From: an uncultured Phycisphaera sp.
GTDB lineage: Bacteria > Planctomycetota > Phycisphaerae > UBA1845
Length of the DNA stretch: 64,000 nucleotides
Assembly (NCBI GenBank): GCA_964501365.1
Contig: CAZCST010000014.1
Span: forward strand, 123,602 to 187,601
Direction of reading: 5' to 3'
Both the position numbers and the translations under genes were made by a program. The notes beneath the pieces were generated by a model that saw nothing but the letters and a program-made list of their open reading frames with translations, was not told the DNA's origin and did no database searches. Position 1 is the first letter of the stretch. The number at the start of each line of letters is the position of its first letter. Below are positions 35,006 to 44,636 of the stretch, in pieces.

Positions 35006-35045
35006 AGCACGGTCTCGCGTTGGTTGCGAGGCCGTGCTTTTCTCT
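35006..35045. terminator. Strong bidirectional rho-independent terminator between convergent VOC and corA genes
   Basis: 13-bp stem AGCACGGTCTCGC / GCGAGGCCGTGCT with one G-U pair, loop gttggtt, then TTTTCTCT. Confidence 0.75.
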
Positions 35046-35062
35046 ATCACCGCGCGTCGACG

Positions 35063-36061
35063 TCAAAACCATTTGCGACTGCGGAAGACCATGACCATTG
35101 CCCCGGCCGTCAGGATCAGGGACGAGCACAATACCCAAAAGCCCGATGGGTTTTTGGATCCTGGCAACACATCGAAATTTGTGCCGTATAACCCAGTGAT
35201 GACGTTGATCGGTAGCACGACGGTTCCCACGGCGGCCAGCAGCTTCATGACGTCGTTGGTGCGGTTGGCGACGAGAGTGAGGTAGGTTTCCAGGGCCCCT
35301 TGCAGGAGGTCGTGAAAGATTTCCGAATTTTCGCGGACGCGCTGGACGTGGTCATATACGTCGCGAAGGTAAAGCTGCGTGTCGCGGTTGATATATTCGT
35401 TTGGGCGATTGGTCAGGATGTTGAGAATCTCACGCTGCGGGCTGATCATGCGACGCAGCCAGGCGGCCTTGTGTCGCAACTCGAAAATGGCGGCGGAAAC
35501 AGATTTGTCCGGCGTCCCGAATATCCGCTCTTCCAGATTGTCGACCTCCTCATTCATGTGATCGGACAAATCAAGATAATCATCCACGATTCCATCAAGC
35601 AAGAGATAAAGAAGGAAATCCGGGCCGCGATGAAGAGAATCTGAGTTTCGCGTCAGCCAGTTTTTCGCATTTCCCACGGCCGGCAGGGCCGCCCGTTGCG
35701 TGGTGACCAGGTAGTTCTTTCCAAGAAACGCATTTAGATTCACGACATCGAACAGGTCGTCGGAAGTGGAGAGATTGAGGGCCGGGATAACGCAGAACAG
35801 GTTGTTTGGATACGACTCCACTTTGGCATGGCTCTGAACACTGAAAACGTCCTCGACGGCGAGTTCGTGAAATTCGAGTTTTTGCGCGACAGGCGTCAGA
35901 TCGGATTGGCTGGGGGCGAGCAGATTGATCCACACCCGATTATCAGGATCGTCGATGGCGCGGAGGGCCTCGTCCAGAGTGCAGTTCCTGGAGTATTTCT
36001 CGCCTGCGGGTGCGATGAAACAGGCCATCTCAACAGACAGGTTTTCCTGCGTCTGCGTCAT
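35063..36061 (-). CDS. corA: CorA-family divalent cation transporter with GTN instead of GMN
   Basis: ORF 35063..36193. ATG at 36061 has GGAG 6 nt upstream. C-terminus 'VVLPINVITGLYGTNFDVLPG' plus a second TM helix and 'FRSRKWF'. Confidence 0.85.
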   Translation of the reverse strand: MTQTQENLSVEMACFIAPAGEKYSRNCTLDEALRAIDDPDNRVWINLLAPSQSDLTPVAQKLEFHELAVEDVFSVQSHAKVESYPNNLFCVIPALNLSTSDDLFDVVNLNAFLGKNYLVTTQRAALPAVGNAKNWLTRNSDSLHRGPDFLLYLLLDGIVDDYLDLSDHMNEEVDNLEERIFGTPDKSVSAAIFELRHKAAWLRRMISPQREILNILTNRPNEYINRDTQLYLRDVYDHVQRVRENSEIFHDLLQGALETYLTLVANRTNDVMKLLAAVGTVVLPINVITGLYGTNFDVLPGSKNPSGFWVLCSSLILTAGAMVMVFRSRKWF

Positions 36062-36157
36062 GTGCGGCTCCATACTTTTCGTTGGTCCGGTGGAATCATA
36101 CGGGGTGTGGAATCGTATCCGCAAGGCGATCCCGAAACCGACCGATAATCCGTTACT

Positions 36158-36997
36158 GTGATTTCTTCCGCAAAATCTGCGCGATTCAGCCATTCACTCC
36201 CTGGCGTGAACGAACTTCGCCGTATTGGTGAACTGGTGACGTGCCTCGCGTGGCGAGACCTGCGCGTTCGCTACAAGCAGTCTCTGCTGGGGGTCGCCTG
36301 GGCCGTGTTGCAGCCGGTATCACTCATGATCGTGTTTACGTTTGTGCTGGGGCCAACAGTGAGTCGATCACTGCCTGACGGACTGCCTTACGGGCTGTTT
36401 GTTTTCGCGGGTCTGGTTCCCTGGTCGTATTTCAGTGCGAGCCTCACGCAGAGCGTCAACAGTCTTGTGGCCAACCGCAATCTGGTCACCAAAGTATATT
36501 TCCCGCGTGAGGCATTTCCCTTTTCGTGCATCGCCGCGGCCCTCGTGGATTTTGGCATTGGACTTGTGGCGCTGGCGGGATTGATGGCGTTCTACCATTG
36601 GAAGGGGGTTTGGGCGTTCACTTGGCATCCTTCCATCCTGTTTGTGCCCGCGATTCTGCTTGTGCAAACGGTGCTTGCCTCGGGCTTGGGCATGATGCTG
36701 GCGATGGGAAATCTTTTTTATCGCGATGTGCGGCAAATCCTCGGAGTCGCGCTGCAACTGGGGATGTTCGTGTCGGCGGTGGTTGTGCCGGTGCCGATGG
36801 GGACGTCGGTGACAGCGAAAATCTTCGCGTGCAATCCGTTGGTTCCCATCATCAGTGGATACCGCGACTGCCTTTTGCATGGTCGATTGCCCGACAGCAC
36901 TGCCTTCTGCTACGCCGCCGCCATGTCGCTGGTTGTTTTGATTGCGGGTTGGGTGGCGTTTCGCCGGGCCAGCTTCCGATTTGCGGAGTGCATATGA
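36158..36997 (+). CDS. ABC-2-type polysaccharide export permease (Wzm/TagG-like)
   Basis: 'ELVTCLAWRDLRVRYKQSLLGVAWAVLQPVSLMIVFTFV' is the ABC-2 N-terminal signature, followed by about 6 TM helices. The start is uncertain (GTG at 36158 or 36206). Confidence 0.8.
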   Translation: MISSAKSARFSHSLPGVNELRRIGELVTCLAWRDLRVRYKQSLLGVAWAVLQPVSLMIVFTFVLGPTVSRSLPDGLPYGLFVFAGLVPWSYFSASLTQSVNSLVANRNLVTKVYFPREAFPFSCIAAALVDFGIGLVALAGLMAFYHWKGVWAFTWHPSILFVPAILLVQTVLASGLGMMLAMGNLFYRDVRQILGVALQLGMFVSAVVVPVPMGTSVTAKIFACNPLVPIISGYRDCLLHGRLPDSTAFCYAAAMSLVVLIAGWVAFRRASFRFAECI

Positions 36998-38301
36998 TGC
37001 CGGCCGTACGATTCGACCATGTAAGCAAGCGATTTCACATCGGCGAGCATTATGATTCGCTGGGCGAAGTACTGGCAGGGGGGATGCGCCGATTGCTTCG
37101 TCGCGAGAAGCATCGCGGCCGCGAAAGTTTTCTCGCATTGAACAATGTGAACTTTGAAGTCTCCAATGGCGAGGCACTGGGGATCATCGGTCCCAACGGG
37201 GCAGGCAAGAGTACTGCGCTCAAGCTGCTCGCTGGAATCATGCGGCCCGATGCCGGTGAAATCATCGCTCACGGGCGAAAGGCGGCCTTGATCGAAGTGG
37301 GGGCCGGGTTTCACGGCGATCTAACCGGGCGCGAAAACATATTTCTCAATGCCACGTTGCTGGGCATGACTCGCGCCGAGATCCGAAAGAAAGTCGATTC
37401 GATCGTGGAGTTCGCGGGGATTGCACGATTTCTCGACACACCGGTGAAGCGATATAGCTCGGGGATGTATGCACGGCTGGGCTTCAGTATCGCGGCACAT
37501 GTCGATCCCGATGTACTGCTGGTGGACGAAGTATTGTCAGTGGGGGACGCGATGTTTCGCGTGCGATGCCTCGAACGCATGCGGCAACTCGTTCGCCAGG
37601 GGACAGCATTGATCTTCGTGACGCATGATCTGGAGCAGATGCGCGCGATTTGTGGCCGGTGCGTTGTGCTCGAGCAGGGGAAAGTGTCCTTCGAGGGCCA
37701 TTCTAACGCGGCGGTCGCTCAATACCTAGTGGCGATGTCGCGGAGCCAGATCGCACGTCCTGCCGATCTGGTGGAATCAGACGGCGAGACCGCAGTTCGA
37801 ATTGATCGCTTCTGCGTTCGAGATGGATTTGGCGACGACGCCGTATGCGTGGGTCCCGATCATTTTGTACAGATCGAACTTCAACTCCGCACCGTTGGGA
37901 ACGTACGCACCTACGCATTCGAGCTAAACCTTCGTCGTGCAGAAGGCGGGGATAATGCCCTCAGCTTCAATTCCGCACGCACGGGCCGGTATTTCACGCT
38001 CTCGGAAGGATTGCATCGCGTTACCCTCGACGTGCCATCTTTGCCTCTTGGCGGAGGACAATATTTTTGGAACGTTCGCGTTTGGGATGCGCAAACCGAC
38101 CAATCGCTTGCGGACACTCCATTTCAGTACCCAATGGTGTTGGATGATGGCGGGCGGACCACCGGCAAGCTCAGCCTTTCGCATGAATGGACGGTCCAAT
38201 CCGAAACGAAAAATGATGCCTGGTCGTATTCTGCAGATACTCTGCCGCAGGCTTTCAAACGATCCACCGAGGCCATCGATGAAGATTTGCTTGTTTGCTG
38301 A
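36994..38301 (+). CDS. ABC transporter ATP-binding protein (Wzt/TagH-like) with ~190-aa C-terminal extension
   Basis: ATG overlaps the permease stop (ATGA). Walker A 'GPNGAGKST', signature 'YSSGM', Walker B 'VLLVDE'. The extra C-terminal domain spans aa ~250-435. The ORF-track start at 36526 is an out-of-context extension. Confidence 0.85.
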   Translation: MMPAVRFDHVSKRFHIGEHYDSLGEVLAGGMRRLLRREKHRGRESFLALNNVNFEVSNGEALGIIGPNGAGKSTALKLLAGIMRPDAGEIIAHGRKAALIEVGAGFHGDLTGRENIFLNATLLGMTRAEIRKKVDSIVEFAGIARFLDTPVKRYSSGMYARLGFSIAAHVDPDVLLVDEVLSVGDAMFRVRCLERMRQLVRQGTALIFVTHDLEQMRAICGRCVVLEQGKVSFEGHSNAAVAQYLVAMSRSQIARPADLVESDGETAVRIDRFCVRDGFGDDAVCVGPDHFVQIELQLRTVGNVRTYAFELNLRRAEGGDNALSFNSARTGRYFTLSEGLHRVTLDVPSLPLGGGQYFWNVRVWDAQTDQSLADTPFQYPMVLDDGGRTTGKLSLSHEWTVQSETKNDAWSYSADTLPQAFKRSTEAIDEDLLVC

Positions 38302-39433
38302 TGCCCAGTCGGTGCATATCAAGCAGCTTGCGCACCATCTACTTGCACGCGGACACCAGATTCATGTTGTCACGCACAAGCCGGCGACGCTCCAAGGTGC
38401 AACCGTAGAGCGCTTTGCGGTTCCGCCACCGGGCATCTCGAATTTTCGCGGCTGGAAGGGCCGGAGACGCCGTTACCTGCTCGACCTTTTCAAAGAATTC
38501 GACGTCGTCAATATTCACTTTCTCGCCGACTGGGGATTGACGGAATTTCTAACCGAACTTGGGCCTGGTCATGCCAGCGTGATCGCCACTGCATGGGGTT
38601 CGGACATCGTTGATCCGCCAGGCGAAACGCCAGCCAGCACTGAACTGATAAGGGCCCGCAAACACCTGCTACGATCCGCCGATGCGATTACGACCTGTGG
38701 ACGCACATTTGCGCGTACGGTGTCGGAATACGCAGATATTCCGACGAGTTCGATTCATGTTGTCCCGTTAGGCGTCGATCTCAGCAAATTCCAGAGAGAT
38801 GGCGGAGATAATCGGGCTGATGACCAGGCTCGCATTGGCTTCTTCAAGGGATTTCGAGCCGTATACGGCCCGGCCGTACTCATGCGGGCAATCCCAAAGG
38901 TGCTCGCACAGTTTCCGAAGGCCAAATTTGAAATGATCGGTGACGGGCCGGAATTGAAGCGGTGCCAGGCGATGGCTATAAAACTCAACGTGGATCCCGT
39001 GGTCGAATGGGTCGGACGACTCGATCACGCTCAGTTGCCCCATCGACTGCGACGATGGCAGCTCAGCGTCATCCCGTCGATCCACGAGGCATTCGGCGTG
39101 GCGGCATTGGAATCACAGGCCATGCAAGTTCCGGTCATTGCTTCTGCGGTGGACGGACTCCATGACACGGTGCATCACGACGAAACGGGCCTGCTCTTTC
39201 CTGTTGGCGACAGCGACGCCCTGGCAGATGGAATCATTCGACTTTTGGGCGATCGCACACTGCTAACCCGCATGGGCCGCGCCGGCAGCGAGGCGGTCGC
39301 GCGGGAATATGACTGGACCACAATCGCCGTCCAATGGGAGCAGCTTTACCTACGTACCCGTGAGAGGTCTTTCCGCATTCACGCCTTAGATTCGCTGAAA
39401 CGAGAACAAGTCAGCGTACTGACAGGCCGATAA
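38279..39433 (+). CDS. Glycosyltransferase, GT-B fold (GT4-like)
   Basis: 'MKICLFADAQSVHIKQLAHHLLARGHQIHVVT'. E-x7-E region 'EAFGVAALESQAMQVPVIAS'. The ORF-track start at 37937 overlaps wzt. Confidence 0.8.
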   Translation: MKICLFADAQSVHIKQLAHHLLARGHQIHVVTHKPATLQGATVERFAVPPPGISNFRGWKGRRRRYLLDLFKEFDVVNIHFLADWGLTEFLTELGPGHASVIATAWGSDIVDPPGETPASTELIRARKHLLRSADAITTCGRTFARTVSEYADIPTSSIHVVPLGVDLSKFQRDGGDNRADDQARIGFFKGFRAVYGPAVLMRAIPKVLAQFPKAKFEMIGDGPELKRCQAMAIKLNVDPVVEWVGRLDHAQLPHRLRRWQLSVIPSIHEAFGVAALESQAMQVPVIASAVDGLHDTVHHDETGLLFPVGDSDALADGIIRLLGDRTLLTRMGRAGSEAVAREYDWTTIAVQWEQLYLRTRERSFRIHALDSLKREQVSVLTGR

Positions 39434-39439
39434 TTCTTT

Positions 39440-40813
39440 ATGGCCGCAGACCACAAAGTGCTCATGATTGCATATGCTTTTCCGCCCACGGGCGGCTCAG
39501 GCGTGCAACGTTCAGCAAAGTTTGCCAAGTACCTCCCGCGATTCGACTGGCGACCCACTGTCTGGACCGTGGACGGCGCCGATGGTCTCCCGCGCGACGA
39601 ATCGCTCTGCTATGACCTGCCACCGGAGGTCACAATCTGTGCGAATACGAGTTGCGGCGGCGTGCGTTCTTTGCAAAGGACACTGCGCGGATTTGCCAAC
39701 GCCCGCACCGGCGAGGGGCTGAGTGGTGTTGCCTCTCGCTTCGCAAAGGCTGTCGATTGGCGGCTCGCAAACTGGGTGTCTTCGAATTGCTTTCCGGATG
39801 ATTGCATTGGTTGGGCACGACGGAGTCTGGGATTACTTCGAGCGCGGCTTTCTTCTGAGCATTTTGATGTTCTGTATTCGACCTACAGTCCGGCCTCCAA
39901 CCACTGGGTGGCCCTGGAACTCAAGCGCAGCAGCGGGATTCCGTGGGTCGCGGACTTTCGGGACTTGTGGACGGAGGACTGCCGGTTTCACGCGAGTTCG
40001 CCAGCCTATCGTGCAGCTCATCGCCGCCTGGAGCAGGAGATTCTCGAGACGGCCGACGCTGTGATTGGAGTATCGCCGCGTCAGACCGAAATCCTTGCGA
40101 GTCATGTGCCCACCCAGCCGGAAAAGTTTCTGACCATCACCAACGGCTTTGATCCCGACGACTTTTCCCATGTGCCGCGTGGCGCAAAGCCGAAGGGCGA
40201 CCTGTTCGTGCTCGGCTATGTGGGTCGTTTTGACCTTTCTCAAACACCGGAATCGTGGTTTTCGGCGCTGCACCAATTCATTGACGAAATCGGCCCGGAT
40301 CGCGAACAATTTGTTCTTCGGATCGCGGGGCACGTAAACCGCACAGCCCAGGCGAAGCTGACGGCCACCGGGGCGCGATGCGAATTTGGAGGCTACCTCG
40401 CACATCGGGACGCGATTTCCGCGATGTGTGCGGCTGATGCGCTTCTGCTTTGCTCTCCGAACGGACCCAATGGAGATACGATCATCCCGGCCAAGCTGTT
40501 CGAGTATCTGGCGACGGGGCGACCTATTGTCTCCGTCGGGCCGACCGGCTCGATCTGCGAGCAAATCCTGCAAACAACGAATGGAGGAGTGTCGGCCGAC
40601 TTTGAAATGCAATCGATCAATCATGCGCTTCATCACGTTTTCGATGCATGGCTGAGTGGGTTTCCGACGCCAGGCGCGTCCCGCGAGCATGTTGAGAAAT
40701 TCAGCCGTGAACGCCTCACCGGTAAGCTTGCGAGTGTTTTTGATCGATTGACGCTGGGGCGCATCAAACCAGTCTTACCGCAACGCGAACTGGTCACGGC
40801 GCACGAGCTATGA
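39440..40813 (+). CDS. Glycosyltransferase-like protein (GT-B fold)
   Basis: 'VLMIAYAFPPTGGSGVQRSAKFAKYLP' and the C-terminal 'IIPAKLFEYLATGRPIVSVGP'. Confidence 0.65.
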   Translation: MAADHKVLMIAYAFPPTGGSGVQRSAKFAKYLPRFDWRPTVWTVDGADGLPRDESLCYDLPPEVTICANTSCGGVRSLQRTLRGFANARTGEGLSGVASRFAKAVDWRLANWVSSNCFPDDCIGWARRSLGLLRARLSSEHFDVLYSTYSPASNHWVALELKRSSGIPWVADFRDLWTEDCRFHASSPAYRAAHRRLEQEILETADAVIGVSPRQTEILASHVPTQPEKFLTITNGFDPDDFSHVPRGAKPKGDLFVLGYVGRFDLSQTPESWFSALHQFIDEIGPDREQFVLRIAGHVNRTAQAKLTATGARCEFGGYLAHRDAISAMCAADALLLCSPNGPNGDTIIPAKLFEYLATGRPIVSVGPTGSICEQILQTTNGGVSADFEMQSINHALHHVFDAWLSGFPTPGASREHVEKFSRERLTGKLASVFDRLTLGRIKPVLPQRELVTAHEL

Positions 40814-41805
40814 ATCGCCCCGTCGTCTCGATCGTCATCCCCACGTTTAATCGCGCGCAGACGCTTCCGCGGGCAATGGATTCGGTCATCCGGCAATCGT
40901 TTTCCGATTGGGAATTAGTCGTCGTGGATGACGGTTCCAGCGATGCAACTCCACAAATTCTTGCAGCTTATCGATCCAGGCTGGGCGACAAGTTGATCTG
41001 GATTCGGCAGGGAAACATAGGTTGCAGTGCCGCCCGCAACCGTGGCATCGAATTGTCGCGAGGCAAATTTATCGCATTCCTCGATTCCGACGACGAATTC
41101 CTTCCCGATAAGCTCACCCGGCAAGTAGAACTCTTTTCCGCCTGTCCGGAATTGTCGCTTGTATACTGCGATTACTCATTCGTTGATCTGGAGGGTCGAA
41201 AAACTGAGAGCGCCTTGACCGCCAAGTTTCCTCACGCGCGGACCGTGTCGACTCGCAGAATCGATGAAAATTCATATGCAATCGGACCTGATCTCTTTGA
41301 TGTTCTGCTGCGCGGATACTTCATTGCAACGATCGTCGGCATGGTTCGCCGTGACGCGTTGGGCACCATTCGTTTCCATGAGATTCTTTCGTATGCCGAG
41401 GAGTGGCTTTTCTACTTGCAGCTGGCTCGCGTCGGCAGAGCGGGATTCGTGGACGAGTCGCTCGCCCTCCATCATTACACGCCCGACAGTCTGACGCGGA
41501 CCAACAAGGGGCGCAATATCCTTCGACAATGCGATTTATTTCATGCCTTCAGAAAACAGTTTCCAGATCTTGGCCAGCGAGAGAAGGCTGTTGTATTGGG
41601 CCACTTGAAGTCGGCCTACTCCCAACTCGCAAAACATTATCAATCGGCAGGAGACGCTGTGAATGCTGCCGTGGCGTCAGCAAAGGCCCGGTTTTACGGC
41701 TACAAGGCATGTCGTAATACTGGCAAACCACAGGCCGATTTGGAACATCCAGACCGCCTTCAAGCCATCGCGGCCGATCAAGTGGGCTGTCTCCCGGCCC
41801 GATAA
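40810..41805 (+). CDS. Glycosyltransferase family 2
   Basis: 'VSIVIPTFNRAQTLPRAMDSVIRQSFSDWELVVVDDGSSD' and 'FLDSDDEF'. 4-bp overlap with the upstream gene. Confidence 0.85.
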   Translation: MNRPVVSIVIPTFNRAQTLPRAMDSVIRQSFSDWELVVVDDGSSDATPQILAAYRSRLGDKLIWIRQGNIGCSAARNRGIELSRGKFIAFLDSDDEFLPDKLTRQVELFSACPELSLVYCDYSFVDLEGRKTESALTAKFPHARTVSTRRIDENSYAIGPDLFDVLLRGYFIATIVGMVRRDALGTIRFHEILSYAEEWLFYLQLARVGRAGFVDESLALHHYTPDSLTRTNKGRNILRQCDLFHAFRKQFPDLGQREKAVVLGHLKSAYSQLAKHYQSAGDAVNAAVASAKARFYGYKACRNTGKPQADLEHPDRLQAIAADQVGCLPAR

Positions 41806-41811
41806 ATATGC

Positions 41812-42591
41812 ATGATTGCCCCGGCCACGCTCGATTCATGCGCACACCGAGAGAGAGCGGTTGGGGTCTGGGATCAACTCTGGTCTTACCAACCCACCGA
41901 CGTTCGAGACGATGAATTACTCACCCGCGAGCGAGCATCGAAAAGATGGCGGATCACTCTTGAACGGTTGAAGCGCACGTTCGGAGAGGTGAAGGGGCTT
42001 CGAACGATCGAATTGGGAAGCGGCAGGGGGGACCTATCGGTCCTTCTTGCACAAGCCGGTGCGTCGGTCACTCTTCTGGATTCGAGCCAACGGGCACTCG
42101 ATCAAGCCCGAGCCAGGTTTGACCGGCTGGGTCTTACTGCGCGATTTCAAATTGGCGATTTGTTTGCCGCCGATGCGGAGGACCGAGAATTTGACGTCGC
42201 GCTTTCGTCGGGCGTCATTGAACACTTTCGAGACAAGCAACGTACAGCGGCTATTCAAGCCCATCGTGCCGTAATTCACAAAAATGGAATGGTGGTCATC
42301 AGCGTACCCAATGCCGGCTGCCCGCCATATCGCATCTGGAAAGCGTGGCTGACGCTTCGGGGATCCTGGCCCTACGGATACGAAGCACCATACTCGCGGC
42401 ACGAGATCGCTCGCCGGGCACGCGAATCGGGATTTGATCGCATTGAGGTTCGCGGATGTGGATTTCGCCAAGCCCTGGACGACCAACTCATGCCGTTGCT
42501 GGGAAAACGACGAGGAGGCAAATGCCATTCGGATTCCATGTTCGATGATTCGATGGGCCTTGCGCTAATCCTGTTTGGATGGAAATCGTGA
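41812..42591 (+). CDS. Class I SAM-dependent methyltransferase
   Basis: Motif I 'TIELGSGRGDLSVLLAQAGASVTLLDSS'. Later 'FDVALSSGVIEHF'. Confidence 0.75.
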   Translation: MIAPATLDSCAHRERAVGVWDQLWSYQPTDVRDDELLTRERASKRWRITLERLKRTFGEVKGLRTIELGSGRGDLSVLLAQAGASVTLLDSSQRALDQARARFDRLGLTARFQIGDLFAADAEDREFDVALSSGVIEHFRDKQRTAAIQAHRAVIHKNGMVVISVPNAGCPPYRIWKAWLTLRGSWPYGYEAPYSRHEIARRARESGFDRIEVRGCGFRQALDDQLMPLLGKRRGGKCHSDSMFDDSMGLALILFGWKS

Positions 42592-43328
42592 CACTCGCCA
42601 TTATGCAGCAAACACAATCCACAGCTCTGGGGCTGGTGGGCCGCAGCAGCCAGGATGCAGTCGCAACGGACGCGCAGGTCGATCTGCATTTTGCACGGCG
42701 CGGACATGGCGAAGAATTTGCAATGGAGGTTCGCTGGATTCTACGGAGCCTGCCGCAAAACGCTTCGCGTGTATTGGATGTGGGATGCGGGATCGGAGCG
42801 CTCTTTCCGGCGATCGGCTCCGATCGAGTTGTGGGTATTGACTACGCGTTTGCAGGTCTGCGCTGTACGCGCTCCCGACATCCTGACGCCCGACTGAGCT
42901 GTGCCGATGGTGCGAAATTGCCCTTTGCAGACGCCAGTTTCGACGCGATTACAGCCCAGCACATCATCGAACACATGGTTGATCCGATTTCGACGCTCGC
43001 AGAGTGGCGACGAGTATTGTGTCCGGGCGGCCGGGTCGTCCTGGTCACACCCAATTCCGGGTTTTGCGATACGTCCATCTTTGACGACCCGACTCATGTT
43101 CGCCTTTTTGATCGTGCGAGTCTTCGGCAATCGTTGACGCAGGGCGGCCTGGAAATCGAACAGATTTGCACGCTCGGTTTGCCCCAGTTTCGGAACTACC
43201 ACGCGATAGCGGGAGGCTGGCGGTTTCGGCGAGCCATTTTGAAGAATGCGGAAATTCTTGCACGGATTCCACTACTGCAATGGTCGGGGCAATCGTTGTG
43301 CTGCGTCGCCCGAAGGAGCGATGGATAA
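42579..43328 (+). CDS. Class I SAM-dependent methyltransferase
   Basis: Motif I 'VLDVGCGIGALF'. 'FDAITAQHIIEHM' and 'LCPGGRVVLVTPN'. 13-nt overlap with the upstream gene. Confidence 0.75.
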   Translation: MEIVTLAIMQQTQSTALGLVGRSSQDAVATDAQVDLHFARRGHGEEFAMEVRWILRSLPQNASRVLDVGCGIGALFPAIGSDRVVGIDYAFAGLRCTRSRHPDARLSCADGAKLPFADASFDAITAQHIIEHMVDPISTLAEWRRVLCPGGRVVLVTPNSGFCDTSIFDDPTHVRLFDRASLRQSLTQGGLEIEQICTLGLPQFRNYHAIAGGWRFRRAILKNAEILARIPLLQWSGQSLCCVARRSDG

Positions 43329-44518
43329 TGGCTCACCGCCTTCGAGTCTTGGTCGATGCCCGCATGTTATTGGGCCGCTTTTCCGGAGTAGCTCGCTTGG
43401 TTACCCGGCTTATTGATCAACTTTCCGTCATGCCCGACGTACAGGTGGTTGCCCTCTGCGGTAACGAGCCCTACAAGCCCTGGGCCGATCGCGCTGATGT
43501 TGAGGTTATGATCAGCGATTTCACCCGCCGTGATCGATCGCCAATTCGCCGACTCTGGTGGGAGTCCCAGCGGTTGCACCATTGGATTTCACGCTCCGGC
43601 GCCGACGTGTTTCACGCGACGTGGAACTCCGGCGTGCCGCGGCGCTGCGGTATGGCGTCGGTCTTGACTATCCACGACCTCATTGGCTGGGACGAAACGA
43701 CTAACGGCTTGATTTCGCGCGTTTCGAGGGCCTGCTTGCGACAAAGCCTCAAGTCATCCGCACAGCGCGCCGACCGCATTATCACCGTCAGCGGCTTTAC
43801 CGCAGATCAAGTAACGCGAAAACTTTGTCTCGATCCAAAACGAATGCGCGTGATCCATAATGGAGTGGATGCGGCGAAGCCAGTACCTCATTCGTTATTG
43901 ACCGCAGCTTGCCCCTACCTGCTTTATGTGGGGGGACATGAGCCTCGCAAGAACCTCGAAGCCGTATTTGGCGCATTGAATCGTTATTGGTCGAAGGTTG
44001 ATTCTTCGATGGAGTTGCACCTGACCGGATCGGCGGATCAACTAAGTCCTGCGGCTCGTGACGCCTATCAGAGGTTGCAACATGACGGCCGAATTCAGTT
44101 CCTCGGCTCTCCGAATGATGATCAACTGGCCAGAGAATACGCCGGTGCGGCTGCGTTGATCATGTTATCGCGTGCCGAGGGGTTCGGCTTGCCGGTGGTT
44201 GAGGCCATGGCGTGCGGCTGCCCTGTCATTGCCGCCCGCATGGGTGCGCTGCCGGAAATTGTGAGCGATGCAGGAATTCTAGTTGATCCGGACAACGCGG
44301 ACGCGGTCTGCGATTCCATCCTGCAAGTTGCACGGCCCCCACACAGAAGGATTCTGATTTCAAGAGGATTGGAACGTGCCGCGCAGTTTTCCTGGCAGCA
44401 AACGGCAGAAGCTTATCTTCACGAATACCGATTGGCGGCGATGAGTCGGTCAGCACAGTCAATCGGCGCGGTGAAAATCGAACCGGGCACCTTGGCCATA
44501 CCGCTCGTCTGCACGTGA
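43328..44518 (+). CDS. Glycosyltransferase family 4/1
   Basis: ATG overlaps the upstream TAA (TAATG). 'RAEGFGLPVVEAMACGCPVIAARMGALPEIV'. The ORF-track start at 43166 is an upstream extension. Confidence 0.8.
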   Translation: MAHRLRVLVDARMLLGRFSGVARLVTRLIDQLSVMPDVQVVALCGNEPYKPWADRADVEVMISDFTRRDRSPIRRLWWESQRLHHWISRSGADVFHATWNSGVPRRCGMASVLTIHDLIGWDETTNGLISRVSRACLRQSLKSSAQRADRIITVSGFTADQVTRKLCLDPKRMRVIHNGVDAAKPVPHSLLTAACPYLLYVGGHEPRKNLEAVFGALNRYWSKVDSSMELHLTGSADQLSPAARDAYQRLQHDGRIQFLGSPNDDQLAREYAGAAALIMLSRAEGFGLPVVEAMACGCPVIAARMGALPEIVSDAGILVDPDNADAVCDSILQVARPPHRRILISRGLERAAQFSWQQTAEAYLHEYRLAAMSRSAQSIGAVKIEPGTLAIPLVCT

Positions 44519-44636
44519 AAGGCCCTTGATCGCACAAACCCTGTCCAATTCGTTGACTTAATGTAAACTCTGTCAAAGTGATACGTCTGTGCGCGGTTGC
44601 TTTTGACATTGAAGATGGTTGTTTTCGAGAGATGCG

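Noticed and set aside
36526-36993. N-terminal 156-aa extension of the Wzt ORF, with similar extensions at 37937..38278 and 43166..43327
   Set aside because: The extensions overlap the preceding genes in other frames and lack family motifs. Conserved N-termini and ATGA/TAATG coupling support the shorter starts.
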